Assembly: GCF_902459465.1 (NCBI RefSeq)
Contig: NC_047081.1
Coordinates: 2,294,001 to 2,358,000, forward strand
Direction of reading: 5' to 3'
Origin: Asterias rubens
Taxonomy: Eukaryota
DNA length: 64,000 nt
In this document: positions 37,290 through 49,291 of the stretch, piece by piece
How the letters are laid out: each line of letters begins with the position of its first letter
How positions within the stretch are numbered: position 1 is the stretch's first letter
Made by a program: the position numbers and the translations under genes
Notes under the pieces: model-generated
Database searches by the model: none
Seen by the model: only the letters and a program-made list of their open reading frames with translations
Told to the model about the DNA's origin: nothing

Positions 37290-37910
37290 TTAAGATTCAT
37301 CTGGGTCAATTACGTTCCTTCAGGTCCCCCTTTCTTCTTCTTAAACTGTACCAGGGACCTCGGCTTCCTGGGCTCAAGTTCTATCATATGTCGTAATTCT
37401 CACCCCCTGAATCTTGGAGATTGTGTTTATTTTAGCCGACTCTCCGGCAAAGTTAAGCTCTTATACATTTCATCAAGTAACCATCGATAAACATTCAAAG
37501 CTCTAATTCTGCTGCTTGCAGTTTCAGATTCACTCGACCACAACTTTCGACGCAAGTGCATTATCATGATTTATTTCCCCCGAAATCAAGACACGACTTC
37601 TCCTTCAAGATATGTCACCTTCAAAGCCCTCTTTTGCTCGACTGATTTTCTGATCCTTTTTCTCTACATTTCCTTATCTGCCCACAAGTAACTACTCCGT
37701 TCTTGGCATTCTTGAACACACGTCCTTGCTCACATACCCCCACTGTTCTTCTGTCACATTCCATCTAGTGTCTTCAAAGAAACAATCACCCATCTCTCTG
37801 CCTATATGATGAAGCAAGTCTAGTATCGCATCTATCGTCATACCCGTTTATGCTGCCTCTGCCTTGCCTTTTTACCCTTCTTTTTAGCCCCACGGTTCCC
37901 TGAGGAGCGG
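37290..37910 (-). pseudogene. Decayed intronless reading frame, origin unknown
   Basis: Minus-strand segments: MTIDAILDLLHHIGREMGDCFFEDTRWNVTEEQWGYVSKDVC; RKRIRKSVEQKRALKVTYLEGEVV; RIRALNVYRWLLDEMYKSL; ELRHMIELEPRKPRSLVQFKKKKGG. Confidence 0.45.
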
Positions 37911-39061
37911 CAAGGCATCAGTGACAGCCATTGGCTTGGTAAACATCAAAACTCAGATCGAGCGCTTGCAGCCGTTCTATCCCCCTGACAGAGTCTGCTT
38001 ACACGACCGATGCCTTGCACATATACACGGCTAAACATATTTCTAAACACCTGTCCTCATTGTAGGAGCTCTAACCGGGGCTAAGAAACACGACATAACA
38101 AAAAAAACATCCCGGCCATAGAAAAAAATGCTCACCGATTTTAACCCAGAAATATATTACTTGGTTTGGGATATTGAAGGGTGCTATCAGCTGCAACTAC
38201 GGTGAAACCCCCGCTCCATTGACACTGATTTCATCCGTGCTAACGCATCAGCGTCTTGCAAGGTCTTGATGGTACTGTCTAGTACACGTCCTTGTTGTAT
38301 ACAAGCCCCCCTTGCAAGAATAATATGACCTAGGTTGGAAGCATGTTCTTGCGATTGATTTTAGACTCCTCTCCCCGTGTGTACTGTGGTGTAGTTATTG
38401 ATTACTTGCAAGAACTCACTAGCAGCAAGGGAGGGCAGGAGCGTGATGGGAAGTAGCGTAGAGTTTGATTTGATTTTGTATAAATAGAGCGGGAATTTGG
38501 GCCCGTCCACGACGAAAATATCTATGGAAAATTATACACGATCAAGGAAAATTAGAGATATACAAAAGAAAATAATGAGATAAATGTGAAAATTTATTTT
38601 GTAATTACAGATAAAAATCGTTGTCCAGACGGACAAAAATGAGCACCGGTGAATGTTCTCTATTACTGTGTCACTGTACACTCACGCATAAACAATGACA
38701 TATCAATGACTGTGTATGGCACCTCAAAGTTGAAGACTTCTGCGTTAATCTATAAAGCAAAGTATGCATCTTTCAGCATTTGTGTTACTTTCACTGTATA
38801 GAAAATCAGCCATCTAATTACATTATACCAAAACAGATACCAGACTATATTGTCCCTAGAGCCTCGGTTTGCTTTGTTGATTTTGTAGGGAAACCAACAT
38901 GGCTGATTACAAAAGTCCGATCATTCAAATACTACCAAATTGATGTTTCGGGAATGCGTTCTATCTTGAATCAATCACTGCATTAAAAACAACATTACAA
39001 AATGTCAGCAGGAAACAAGCGTTAATACTCCTCAATATGTACAAAAAGGGAAACCGGGAAA

Positions 39062-39185
39062 AGACAAACTTGGAATTGACCAACTTGGAATCAACCAACT
39101 GGGAACAGCAACTGGAAATGGACCAACTGTGAATAGTCCCGGTTACTAAATGGGAATCCACCAACTGATGGGAACAACTTATTTT
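39062..39185. repeat. Degenerate ~14-bp array (gaccaactgggaat-like), probable TE subterminal repeats
   Basis: acaaacttggaattgaccaacttggaatcaaccaactgggaacagcaactggaaatggaccaactg. Confidence 0.65.
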
Positions 39186-39563
39186 CCTCTCATTCAAATC
39201 AGTGTAACCGACATCAGAAGACGAAATAGTCTGGTCCCTTTACGCTGATTAAAAACCAGCGTTGAGAACTGCTTGTGAATGCAGATAGCACACAGAAATG
39301 GCGACATAATGCCATGCATATAGGGATCTCTTGTACTATTTCCATAACTCGAATTATTAAGCTGTTCGAAAAAACTACTTCAAAATACTTAGCTTCAGAA
39401 CCGCTTTAAAACTAATAGAGTATGTTTAAAGGTAAGTGTGCTTTTAGGCATCATTGGATTACAAGTTAATGAAATTCTGGCGAGGTGAACATTTTCGAAG
39501 AACTGTGGATGGGGTGTGTTAGCCAGACTATACCCTGGAACGGATAACCATTACTGTGTGGGT

Positions 39564-39952
39564 GTTTGCTTGCTTGCCTGTTTGCTTGTTTCCTGGGATG
39601 CCGACGTGGTTGCTTGCTTATTTACTCGAGTGTTTGTTGGGTTGCTTGCTTGCTTGCTGTTGTACTGCTTGCTTTGCTCGTTCGTTCGTTTGTTTGTTGG
39701 TTGATTGCTTGCTTGTACTGCTTGCTTTGATCGTTTGTTTGTTTGTTGGTTGCTTGCTTGTTTGGTTGTTGGTTGCTTGGTTGCTTGTTTGTTTGTTTGG
39801 TTGTTATTTGGTTAGTTTGTTTGTTTGTTTGTTTGTTGCTTGCCTGTTTGATTGCTTGCCGTCGTGGTTGCTTGTTGAATTGATAGTTTGTGTTGGTGTG
39901 TTTGTTTGTTTGTTTGTTTGTTTTGTTGCTTGTTTGTTTGGTTGCTTGCTTG
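39564..39952. repeat. Compound (GTTT/GCTT)n microsatellite running into an assembly gap
   Basis: Direct observation. Confidence 0.95.
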
Positions 39953-40109
39953 NNNNNNNNNNNNNNNNNNNNNNNNNNNNNNNNNNNNNNNNNNNNNNNN
40001 NNNNNNNNNNNNNNNNNNNNNNNNNNNNNNNNNNNNNNNNNNNNNNNNNNNNNNNNNNNNNNNNNNNNNNNNNNNNNNNNNNNNNNNNNNNNNNNNNNNN
40101 NNNNNNNNN
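39953..40109. other. Assembly gap (157 N)
   Basis: N run. Confidence 1.
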
Positions 40110-40243
40110 AATTTCTCGTTGTAGTGATATTGCCACTCATCTTTAGATGAATCTTAGTGCGTTGTTTGTGAATTGATTCGCTGGGGTGAACACTATGGTG
40201 AACGCCTTAATCGTTTACTGGAATATTTTGTATATTCTAGGTG

Positions 40244-40405
40244 NNNNNNNNNNNNNNNNNNNNNNNNNNNNNNNNNNNNNNNNNNNNNNNNNNNNNNNNN
40301 NNNNNNNNNNNNNNNNNNNNNNNNNNNNNNNNNNNNNNNNNNNNNNNNNNNNNNNNNNNNNNNNNNNNNNNNNNNNNNNNNNNNNNNNNNNNNNNNNNNN
40401 NNNNN
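40244..40405. other. Assembly gap (162 N)
   Basis: N run. Confidence 1.
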
Positions 40406-40715
40406 TTGATGTGGTCTTGCTGGTGTGATGGCTATACCGTTTGTTAGATTATTCGCTTGCTGCTTTGGTGTAATTTTGTGTGTTCGTTTTGTTTTGCTTT
40501 AACTACCTACTTAAATGGATCCATTTGCCAGTTCTCCTCCCTATAAGAGTGTACAGTACTTCTCCCTCTCAGTTTTTCTGTGTAAGATTTAGGTAATTTT
40601 AAATAGTAATGTAATGTTTTACTCCAAATTTTTAACTATGTAACTGTTCATGTAATTCTGCTGCTGGCAGCGAATTGAATAGAATTTTAATAAACCATTG
40701 AATGAATCATTCATA
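40406..40715 (+). mobile_element. Probable LINE 3' UTR and tail
   Basis: T-rich UTR-like stretch ending aataaaccattgaatgaatcattc. Confidence 0.35.
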
Positions 40716-41754
40716 GAATTCAAACGGAACTGTATTTGCACTCAATGTTAATGTCAGTAATGAACAAAACTTCACACCCCTTTACTTTAATGGCCATATG
40801 AGATAATGTACACACAACCCATTCCGAAGCGTGAATTAATATCCCAATTAAATATAAATGGTTAATACTTTGATCTTCTCTATTGCTAATTCAAGACCGA
40901 TTAACGCACGGGGAATATCCAACAAGCTTAAAAGCTCTTTCAACCCACCCTTAGTCAACGCTTGGCATGGTTTACAACGCCAACCCCCTCCGATGAATAA
41001 ATTGAGCATTAAAGCCTCCTGAACCTAGTACTATATAGAAAGGGAAGGTTATTAATGAAAAAAATAGGCCCCAGCTAAGATCAAGTGCAGAGTTAACAGC
41101 CGTGGGGCGTAATATTTTCCAGAGCAATAGTCCCGGATCTCCGAATTGCCTTGTGTTTTTCTTAGTGTGCGCGTAAACGTCCCCACTTATAGTATGGCCC
41201 CGGAGAGTTTGGGCATCCAACACGTTCCTTCGTCTGGTGCCAACCGCTTCCCCTTACTTATAGACCTTTCTCTTGTTTATCAGAGATTACAAGAACTATA
41301 TGTGGGTGTTGGAGAAAAGATGTTAAAAAATAAATGTACTTCAGTTTTGAAAATAATGTGACTTAAAATGTTACATTTAATTATTTCAATCTATGAGGAT
41401 GGCTTGAGTTCTAACATATGGATTGTCTGGTTTCTGTTTCAGTTCTTTTAAATGCAAAAGCCATTAATTAACAAAGCAAGTTATTGTGCATTGCTGATAT
41501 TCTAACCTTAACATTCACCCTAACCTCTATCCTGTACATTCGCGCGATCTATGAGGATGTATAGTCAAAGTTCTTTTTATTAATGAATTTGATGTTTTCT
41601 GTTCACATAATGTTGTTTTTTATATGAATGATACATCGCATAATATTAAGCATTGCTGAGGTTCACCAGCTATGCACGGATATCCGCGCAATCGGTGAGT
41701 ACAGAGTTCTTTAATAGATTGACATTTGGATCGGGAATAAAGAATATAGGACGG

Positions 41755-41895
41755 GTACTGTTACTCAGTACTTCCTGGAGCTCGCACGCATATTACTAGG
41801 GTGGGATTTGAACCCACGACCTTTGCAGTTCTAGAGCACTGTCTTACCAACTAGACCACCGAGATTGCCCGGTAACTACATGAAGTTCGAATCCC
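41755..41895 (-). mobile_element. tRNA-derived SINE
   Basis: Minus strand gggcaatctcggTGGTCTAGTTGGtaagacagtgctctagaactgcaaaggtcgtgGGTTCAAATCCcaccc has Pol III A and B boxes and a tRNA-like head without a clean acceptor stem. Confidence 0.75.
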
Positions 41896-42304
41896 CCAAA
41901 ATAATGTTAGTGCTTTGATAGATGGAAATGGTAGATTTTATAAATGGATTGATGTTTCCTGTTTTCATGTTATTGTTCCTGAATGTATACAAGGTAAGAT
42001 AAGATATCACTCAACATCTCATATTATTATTCCTGGCTGAGAAACTATGTAGATTACAAAGACCATTCAAGTTAGTCTCGAATGGATTGCATGTCTCCAA
42101 AGGCTGCACCTGTTTCCACGGGAAGCCACCAACCAGAAAACCGCCTAATGTGAAAAGTAGTCATGCGCCTAAAATGAATTAAAGTTAACCATCCATCATT
42201 ATGCGATGTTCAATAGAATGTGTAGCCTCTTTAACTTTGCAGGGCTCAAACTAGGGCAGTGTGTGAGTCTATAGAGAGATGGTGCTAAATTTGTGTAGTA
42301 TGTT

Positions 42305-42570
42305 GACACAGATTCGGGTCATTTTGATTAACAGATTCGGGTCATTTTGATTTACAGATTCGGTTAATTATGACACTGATTCGGATCAGTTTGACAAAGT
42401 TTCGTCGTGTTGACAGTTTCAGATCATTCTGACAAAAAAATACGGGTCAACCTGACCCTGCAGTTTTCAGATTAACGACACTCCTCCTAAAAAAAATATG
42501 AATGAACCAATAACTTTTATCGCCGGGTCAGAATGTTAACTGAGATGTTTACTGAGTGTGTGGGGGTATA
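42305..42570. repeat. ~23-bp tandem array (acagattcgggtcattttgatt) within a CACT..AGTG-type element
   Basis: Two near-perfect and 2-3 decaying units from 42308. The end motif tttactgagtg is at ~42550. Confidence 0.7.
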
Positions 42571-43480
42571 TCATCCGAAATAGTTGTGGGTTACTTTGGT
42601 AATTCTGGTAATTTTCACACAAATCTTTTTTGAAAAAGAGTCCAGATCACAATGACCCAAAATTAGGACACATGGAACCCGGGGTCAACTCTTTCAAAGT
42701 GAGGACTCCCTTCCCAAAATGAATCAACCGTAAACTTTTTTCGTTCACAATGTTAACTGAGATGAGCTAAAACTATTAACACCTCTCCCCTCCTATGCTC
42801 AAAGCAAGTAGGATTTTCAGAGTAATAAATTACTAAAAATAGAAACCATGTGCGTGGGTATCATTACCCGCCACTCCCCACCCGGGGCCTCCTTCTGGGC
42901 GTACAACTGTTTCAGAAAGCTTCTTTATTAAACTCGATGATGATGATGAAAGAAAAAAACTCTCGCTCGAAAAGTGAAGTAGTAAAATGATTGCATTCTG
43001 CCCTGGTCCAATGTACGCTGTGGCCATAATAATTATTGTATGACGTTGCTATAAATAGATGGTTATTTTAAATAGTCTTTCGGGAAACAGATATGGGGTA
43101 ATTTTTTTACATGTCTGTGGAGTCCTTGATTCTAGTTCCAGAATTGATCCTCAAATCGTTTGCCAATATTACATGAGTCTTTTTTTTTGGTCGTGTGAAA
43201 TACTAAGGGTGGCCTTGGATAGGTATATACACGCGAGGCAAGGCTACAGTCGTGTGAATGAAGACGTCTCTTAACATTTTGCGCTCTCACACACTGCGAG
43301 GTTTGACTTCAATGTAAACAATCACCTTTAAATCGATGGAGTCTTTAAAACTATGAGGGTGGAGGTGACACAATAATTAATTATGATTATGTAGTGTTTG
43401 CGTATAGGATGGGGGAAAGCGTATGAAAGTGTCTCCACATAAGTGGTTCTGTTGATACAAATCATCGCAAGATAAGCTAA

Positions 43481-43866
43481 TTAAAGACAATGAACACTTA
43501 TTGGTAATTGTCAAAGGCCAGTCTTCTCACTTTGTGTATCTCAACATATGCACAAAATAACCAACCTATGAAAATTTGAGCTCAATTGGTCGTCGAAGTT
43601 GCGAGATAATAATGAAAGAAAAAACACCCTTGTCACACAGGTGTGTGCGTTTAGATGGTTGATTTCGAGACATCAAGTTCTAAATCTGAGGTCTCGAATT
43701 CAAATTCGTGGAAAATTACTTCTTTCTCAAAAACTATGGCACTTCAGAGGGTGCCGTTTCTTACAATGTTTTATACCACCAATCTCTCCCCATAACTCGT
43801 TTACCAAGTAAGGTTTTATGCTAAAAATTATGTTGAGTAATTACCAATAGTGTCCACTGCCTTTAA
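43481..43866 (-). mobile_element. Kolobok/T2-type MITE, family A
   Basis: ttaa-agacaatgaacacttattggtaattgtc ... ccaatagtgtccactgcct-ttaa. Confidence 0.9.
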
Positions 43867-44231
43867 CACGGTAGGTACATCTTAGTGTGATTAGTGTGCA
43901 TATTTGAAAAGTAACAATTAGACCGAGCTGTGTACAGCTTAACCGATGAAGAGCTAATTGATATTGTTTTCCCTACAATAATTACCATATCAAAAGACTA
44001 TGTTAAATTATCGGGTGGGGCAAAGAAAGTTGTACATATTGTAAGCGTTACAACAAATTTAGCTTAATTGAAGCCACTTCAGATACAATGTATTGGTTTT
44101 TTTTGTACTTAGAGTTAGTTTGACTAATTAGTATACACAGACAGTACGCCAATATCTTCAAGATCCAAGAAGCTCACGCCTCACCATCTTAATATCACAG
44201 GAGAAATACTATGAACGCCGTTTAAAGAAGT

Positions 44232-44462
44232 CACTCTAAAACCTTCTGGGTCAGAAAATGACCCGGATCAAAGTCCCGTTAGGCCTGAACCTATTTCGGG
44301 TCTGGAATATGTGTCAAAGGACACACAATGGTTCTAACTGACGTCTAATCCGAGTTTAAGCCCAAATTGTTGACCACTTATCGGGTCAGCCTGACCCAGA
44401 CATGAGTCAGGCCCCTGAAATCTGGAATCCAGGTAAATTCTTACTCTGGAATTTTGAGATTG
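44232..44462. mobile_element. CACT..AGTG (EnSpm/CACTA-like) non-autonomous element
   Basis: cactctaaaaccttctgggtcagaaaatgacccgg ... ggaattttgagattg, with gaccc/gggtc repeats. Confidence 0.55.
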
Positions 44463-45371
44463 TATGTATGAACGAGCACACTCTCTTCAAAGACATCAAC
44501 GGTTAAGACATGTTTCTTATTTCTTATGTTCATATTTCTCATGTAAAATATTGTACAAGGTTATTGTTAATATTGTACAAGGTTATTGTTACATGTCGAC
44601 ATCATACAAAGAAATGTGTTAAAACTCGATTTCAAAGACCTATCAGCCATAGACCTTGCAGCACGATTGCCTCAAGATCTTATCGTTTGAAGTCATTCAC
44701 ACTTAATACATGGGTTCCGAGGCATTGAACTGAATATGCACTAATTTACTTTCAATTCTTCTCGACAGAGCTCGACAGTACTTCAGATTTAACGCTTCCA
44801 ACCAACAAGGAAGCTTTAGACAATTAAAGTGTTTAATTATTCCTCCAATAATGACAACAACATTTGCCAAGCTGAATTGGGACTCCACATTGCTAATACA
44901 ACAAGGCGTGAATGGATAACGTTAGCGGGAGTACGTTATTGACAATTACCCCCACCAAACCTTTAAGTGACTGCTTCCTCTGTATGAATGATTGGTAAAT
45001 AATCAACAGCAAGAGTTGTTACATAACCACGATACCTTTCAAGTTGAAACACTTTACCCACGGTTATTCATAAGGTCTTTAATTCATGAGGGATGTGGAC
45101 CGATGTGTATAGCGAAGGTATTCGACAATAAAATATAGTGAGGACCTGGAAAGTGGATTAAATATTAACCAAATTAATTCTTAAAAGGCAATTCATATTA
45201 TTTTGACCCCAGGGGGTTTGTGTTGTGTTTGCAATTGATGACCATGAAGGGAAAATGTTTTATTGAATTGAATTGAATGAACAAGGTCATGACTGATCGT
45301 TTTGAGTCACTATTACTCAATACCCACTCAACCTATAGCTCGATGTATAATTCAGAATTTTTATCGGGTGA

Positions 45372-45515
45372 GTTATACGGTTCCGGTTGTTATTAAGTCC
45401 ACAAGACTCCGATGTTATCCGGACTCAATCTAACCAGAAATAGTTATACTGTTCCGGTTATTTATTATTAGTTCACAAGAGTCCTCTGTTATCCGAACTC
45501 AATCTAACCCCGGAA
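45372..45515 (+). repeat. Two-copy ~70-bp tandem duplication
   Basis: ttatac.gttccggtt....ttagt.cacaaga.tcc..tgttatccg.actcaatctaacc occurs twice. Confidence 0.8.
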
Positions 45516-45525
45516 TTGTTAAGGA

Positions 45526-46440
45526 TTATCAGTAGATCGATGCAGGTCACACCTCACATTTCAACGGTAAACGTTTTCTCTATCAGTTGCAATGGTTTGA
45601 TAAAATTGTACCTTTAAAATCGTACCTTAAAGGTAGTGGACACTATTGGTAATTACTCAAAATAATAGTTATTATAAAACCTTTATTGACTACGAGTAAT
45701 AGGGAGAGGTTGATAGTATAAAACATTGTGCGAAACAGCTCCCTCTGAAGTGGCATAGTTTTCGAGAAAGAAGTAATTTTCCATAAATTTGATTTCGAAA
45801 ACCTCAAGTTTAGTATTTGAGGTCTTGAAATCAAGCATCTGGAAGCACACAACTTCGTGTGACCATGGAGCGACAAGAGTGTTTTTTCTTGTAACTTCGA
45901 CGACCAATTGAGCTAAAATTTGCACAGGTTTGTTATTTTATGCACATGTTGAGATACACCAAGTGAGAAGACTGGTCTTTGACAATAACCAATAGTGTCA
46001 CACTGTCTTTAAACATGATACCTAATGGTATCTTTGAAATTGCACATAACAATTGCACTGAACAAAGGCCCAAGAGGGTTATAAGTAGATCTATGCAGGT
46101 CACATCTCACATTGTAACGGCAAAGTAATGCACTAGTGAATCACCATTGGAAGTGTATGAGAAATGGTACCTTTAAAATGGTACCAAAATGGTATCTTTG
46201 AAAGTGTACATAACAAGAGCACTGTTGCGATGTAGGATTAATTATGAGGGTTATCAGTAACTCGATGCAGGTTACATCTCACATTTGAAGGGTCAACGTA
46301 TGCACTGGTGCATTAGTACCATTGAGAAAAGGTACCTTTAAATTAGTACCTTTAAAATGGTATCTTGAAAACGGTACATAATGATATTTTTGAAACTTTA
46401 CATAACAATGGTACTGTTGCAATGTAGAATAATTAATGAT
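45526..46440 (+). repeat. Three-copy ~171-bp tandem array; first unit split by a MITE
   Basis: ttat.agta.atc.atgcaggt.aca.ctcacatt starts at 45526, 46079 and 46251. Confidence 0.8.
45627..46012 (+). mobile_element. Kolobok/T2-type MITE, family A, carrying an 11-bp CATGGAGC insert
   Basis: ttaa-aggtagtggacactattgg ... ccaatagtgtcacactgtct-ttaa; extra catggagcgac at 45864-45874. Confidence 0.9.
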
Positions 46441-49213
46441 CAACTATTGTTTGTTTTTGTTTTATCCACACAATATTACCAAAAAACAAATGATGCCTAA
46501 GCAATCAATGTTTCTGTATTGCTTTAATTTATCTAGGGTATTTCAGAATACCACTCACGGAAAGGTTGAAATCAAATAAACGTTCCCAGTAATCTATTTT
46601 ATATGGAGCTATTAATTCAATTTTGAAGCACATTGGGAGAGCCATTCAAACTCGAAACCCAGACAGGTATTTATTGACATATCAAGGAGAGCTCTGTCCT
46701 TTTAAATTGCATGCCATGTTGCAAACGGTTACCGATTTAAAATTGAACATGTCATAAGGTATGAGATGAAGAGAGCTGTGTTCACACACGTCATTACAAC
46801 AATTAAACAAGCATACTAACTTCGTTAGAGCAACTAGATTGTCAACCACCAACCAGGAATCGCGTGGTTTCACTTGAGAAAAACAATTAAAACAAATGAG
46901 TATTTAATTCCCATCCTTCGGTTGATAGACAGACGCATGGGGTTTATAATAGATGCAGAGTGACAATTCTCTAAATGAGTGAACAACATTACGACAAGTG
47001 TAATTACTCAGAGACGCGCGTGTCCAACCCGAGCCCCCCGTAGCGGCCCGTTAATTCCTTGCATGTTTCTCCCTGCGAAGGTATGCTTTTAATCCCTTGC
47101 TCGGGAATCCGGATCGACACTAGATAATGAGTCCCGACTTCCGCGGTCTAACTCAATCGAATCATCTTTGATTTGATAACCGAAAATTTGCCGTGACGGC
47201 ACGAGGCGTTACTCAACAGTCGCTATATACCTAGAGTCAATCAATTTGTGGTGAAAAGGTAACAGAATGGAACCCCGGCTTCTCATATCATCCTTGGGCT
47301 GCTTAGAGAGCCGTAGGAGACCATACCTCCCTAGGTTCTTATCAATGTTGCCTCATTATTACCTCTGCAGCTCCGTTGAGTAGAACCGTAGATAGACTCG
47401 CTGGTGCCTCTTTATCCCGCATCCCCAAACCACACCCGGGCTATTTCCCGTCCCAAAACAACCGATCCCCACCGCTCGTCGTTTCTCACTCATGTTTCAT
47501 TTTACCCCCGGGCGGGGTCTTCACAGCATAATGCACAAGCTCCTCTGGGACGTCTGATTCTTTCTTGTTAGAAATTGCCATCATTTCATAACGATCAAGG
47601 GTACACCGTAGGTGACGCGGTCATCTGGGAATAAGTCGGGCAATCTCAGCTCTATACCGTGCCAAATATTGTCAGGCTGCGTGTATTGAACACTATCATT
47701 TACTCCGACAAATCTGAAGCTTTCCGTGTCAGACCACTTAAACGGCTTTGAATTATACATTCAATCCAATTGATCTGATTTGTTTATACTTGATCTGTTT
47801 TTAGGCCATTACTAAAGACGAAAAACGCGCTGCATAATTGCTCATACACCGGGTCGGCTGTCTGTCTCATTGTGACTTCCGGTCAGTTGATTTAGAAGAG
47901 GTTTGAAATGGCCTGAACTTCACCACCAAATAAAAAGAATTAACAAAATGACACAAGCAGAAATAATTTCAATGTCTCCATTTCTCTCATGCGAATTCAG
48001 AGACAAACGGAAGACTGATTTTTTTTGTTATAGTGTCAATAAAAGATACGGGAATACATTACTCATCACAGTATACATCTTGAGAAATATCTAAATTTAT
48101 TTCCATGACAACGTCATAAACTTCCCTAGAATTGTACTTTTTCAATTCTAAATTATCGTTTTGACATGGTAGTGTGACTGCCTAGCTAGTAAATGGATTT
48201 CCCATCATGATTTGAAGACGGAGTATACGTAAGATGTCTTAGCTGCCGGGGGTAATCATGATAAAGGCTCGTATGTTTGCAAAGCTGCTTCCCTGCCTCT
48301 CCACCTCTCACCCAGCCTCCCCTCATCAAATCTTATTTGATTCTCATTCCTCTCCTTGATCACGAAGATTCTCAATCCCACGACCAATCGACACCGGATA
48401 GGGAGGCGACCCCTACACTCACCATCCACGGGTACCGTGTCAGTCCAGCAGCGTACTAATCATCAAAGGTGAGAAAATATTGACATGATTTCGTCTCCTT
48501 GTAACTAAAACATGCCTCGCGATAGAAAACATTGCCAATAAATCTCGAGCATTAAGTGTCAGAAGCTAGAGAGAGCGTCTGAGATGCAATATCACCAGGC
48601 ATATGATACCCTTTAAGTGCGCCGTAAATGCCTTACAAGTGTTGAGGTTTGATTGGGATTCAATCTACTTCGGTCATATTCAACGAACCGCTTTTACATT
48701 TCCTCAACATCACACCCTCAGCTGGTGTTATACCTGCCAATTTAACACAGGTGATTTCTAGAAATGATTATTCAAGTAGGAGAAAAATAATCCATACTTT
48801 TTTTACATTCTGAGGCGAGTGTGGCTAAAGATCCCGTCAGTTGCGTCACGAGAAATAAAAATTATTACTTAGGCCAGACGATACATCAGTTAGAAATGGG
48901 TTCGGTCTGACAAACCTTTGATTATTTATGGAAAACAAGAGGCTATAAGGGGGAAACAGCATAAGCAGACAACTTTCACAATTTTATAAACACAGAGGTC
49001 ATGAGTTGTAATCTTTGATGTTCCTTTTTGCTTCGCTGGAAACGAACATTCCTTCCACAACAAAACGACTTCCATTTCCCCCTGCTTTATAAGCAGACAC
49101 ATAAAATACACTCAAAAAAAGTAACTGCTTACCTTTCAATCCATATGCTAGTCCACAATCCATAAAAGTTATGTAGATGTAAGGAAATTATTATGATTTT
49201 AAGAGCACCTTAG

Positions 49214-49291
49214 CCTGGGAGTATATTCGTGATATCTTCTCTGTTCTGACAATCCACAAAGATTTCACATTCAGTAGAAGAGCAATAAAAC
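49214..49291 (+). CDS. Candidate internal exon (phase 1-1), unknown protein
   Basis: ccttag|CC TGG GAG TAT...ATA AAA C|gtgagt. Open frame WEYIRDIFSVLTIHKDFTFSRRAIK; strong donor, weak acceptor. Confidence 0.2.

Noticed and set aside
39516-40447. Long ORFs of 68-196 aa
   Set aside because: They are produced by the GTTT/GCTT microsatellite and N gaps.
41798-41870. tRNA gene candidate
   Set aside because: A and B boxes are present but the acceptor and anticodon stems are imperfect and SINE-type flanks are attached; called a SINE.
42305-42450. Short regular repeats considered as a CRISPR array
   Set aside because: Units are directly adjacent without unique spacers, the context is eukaryotic, and there are no cas genes.
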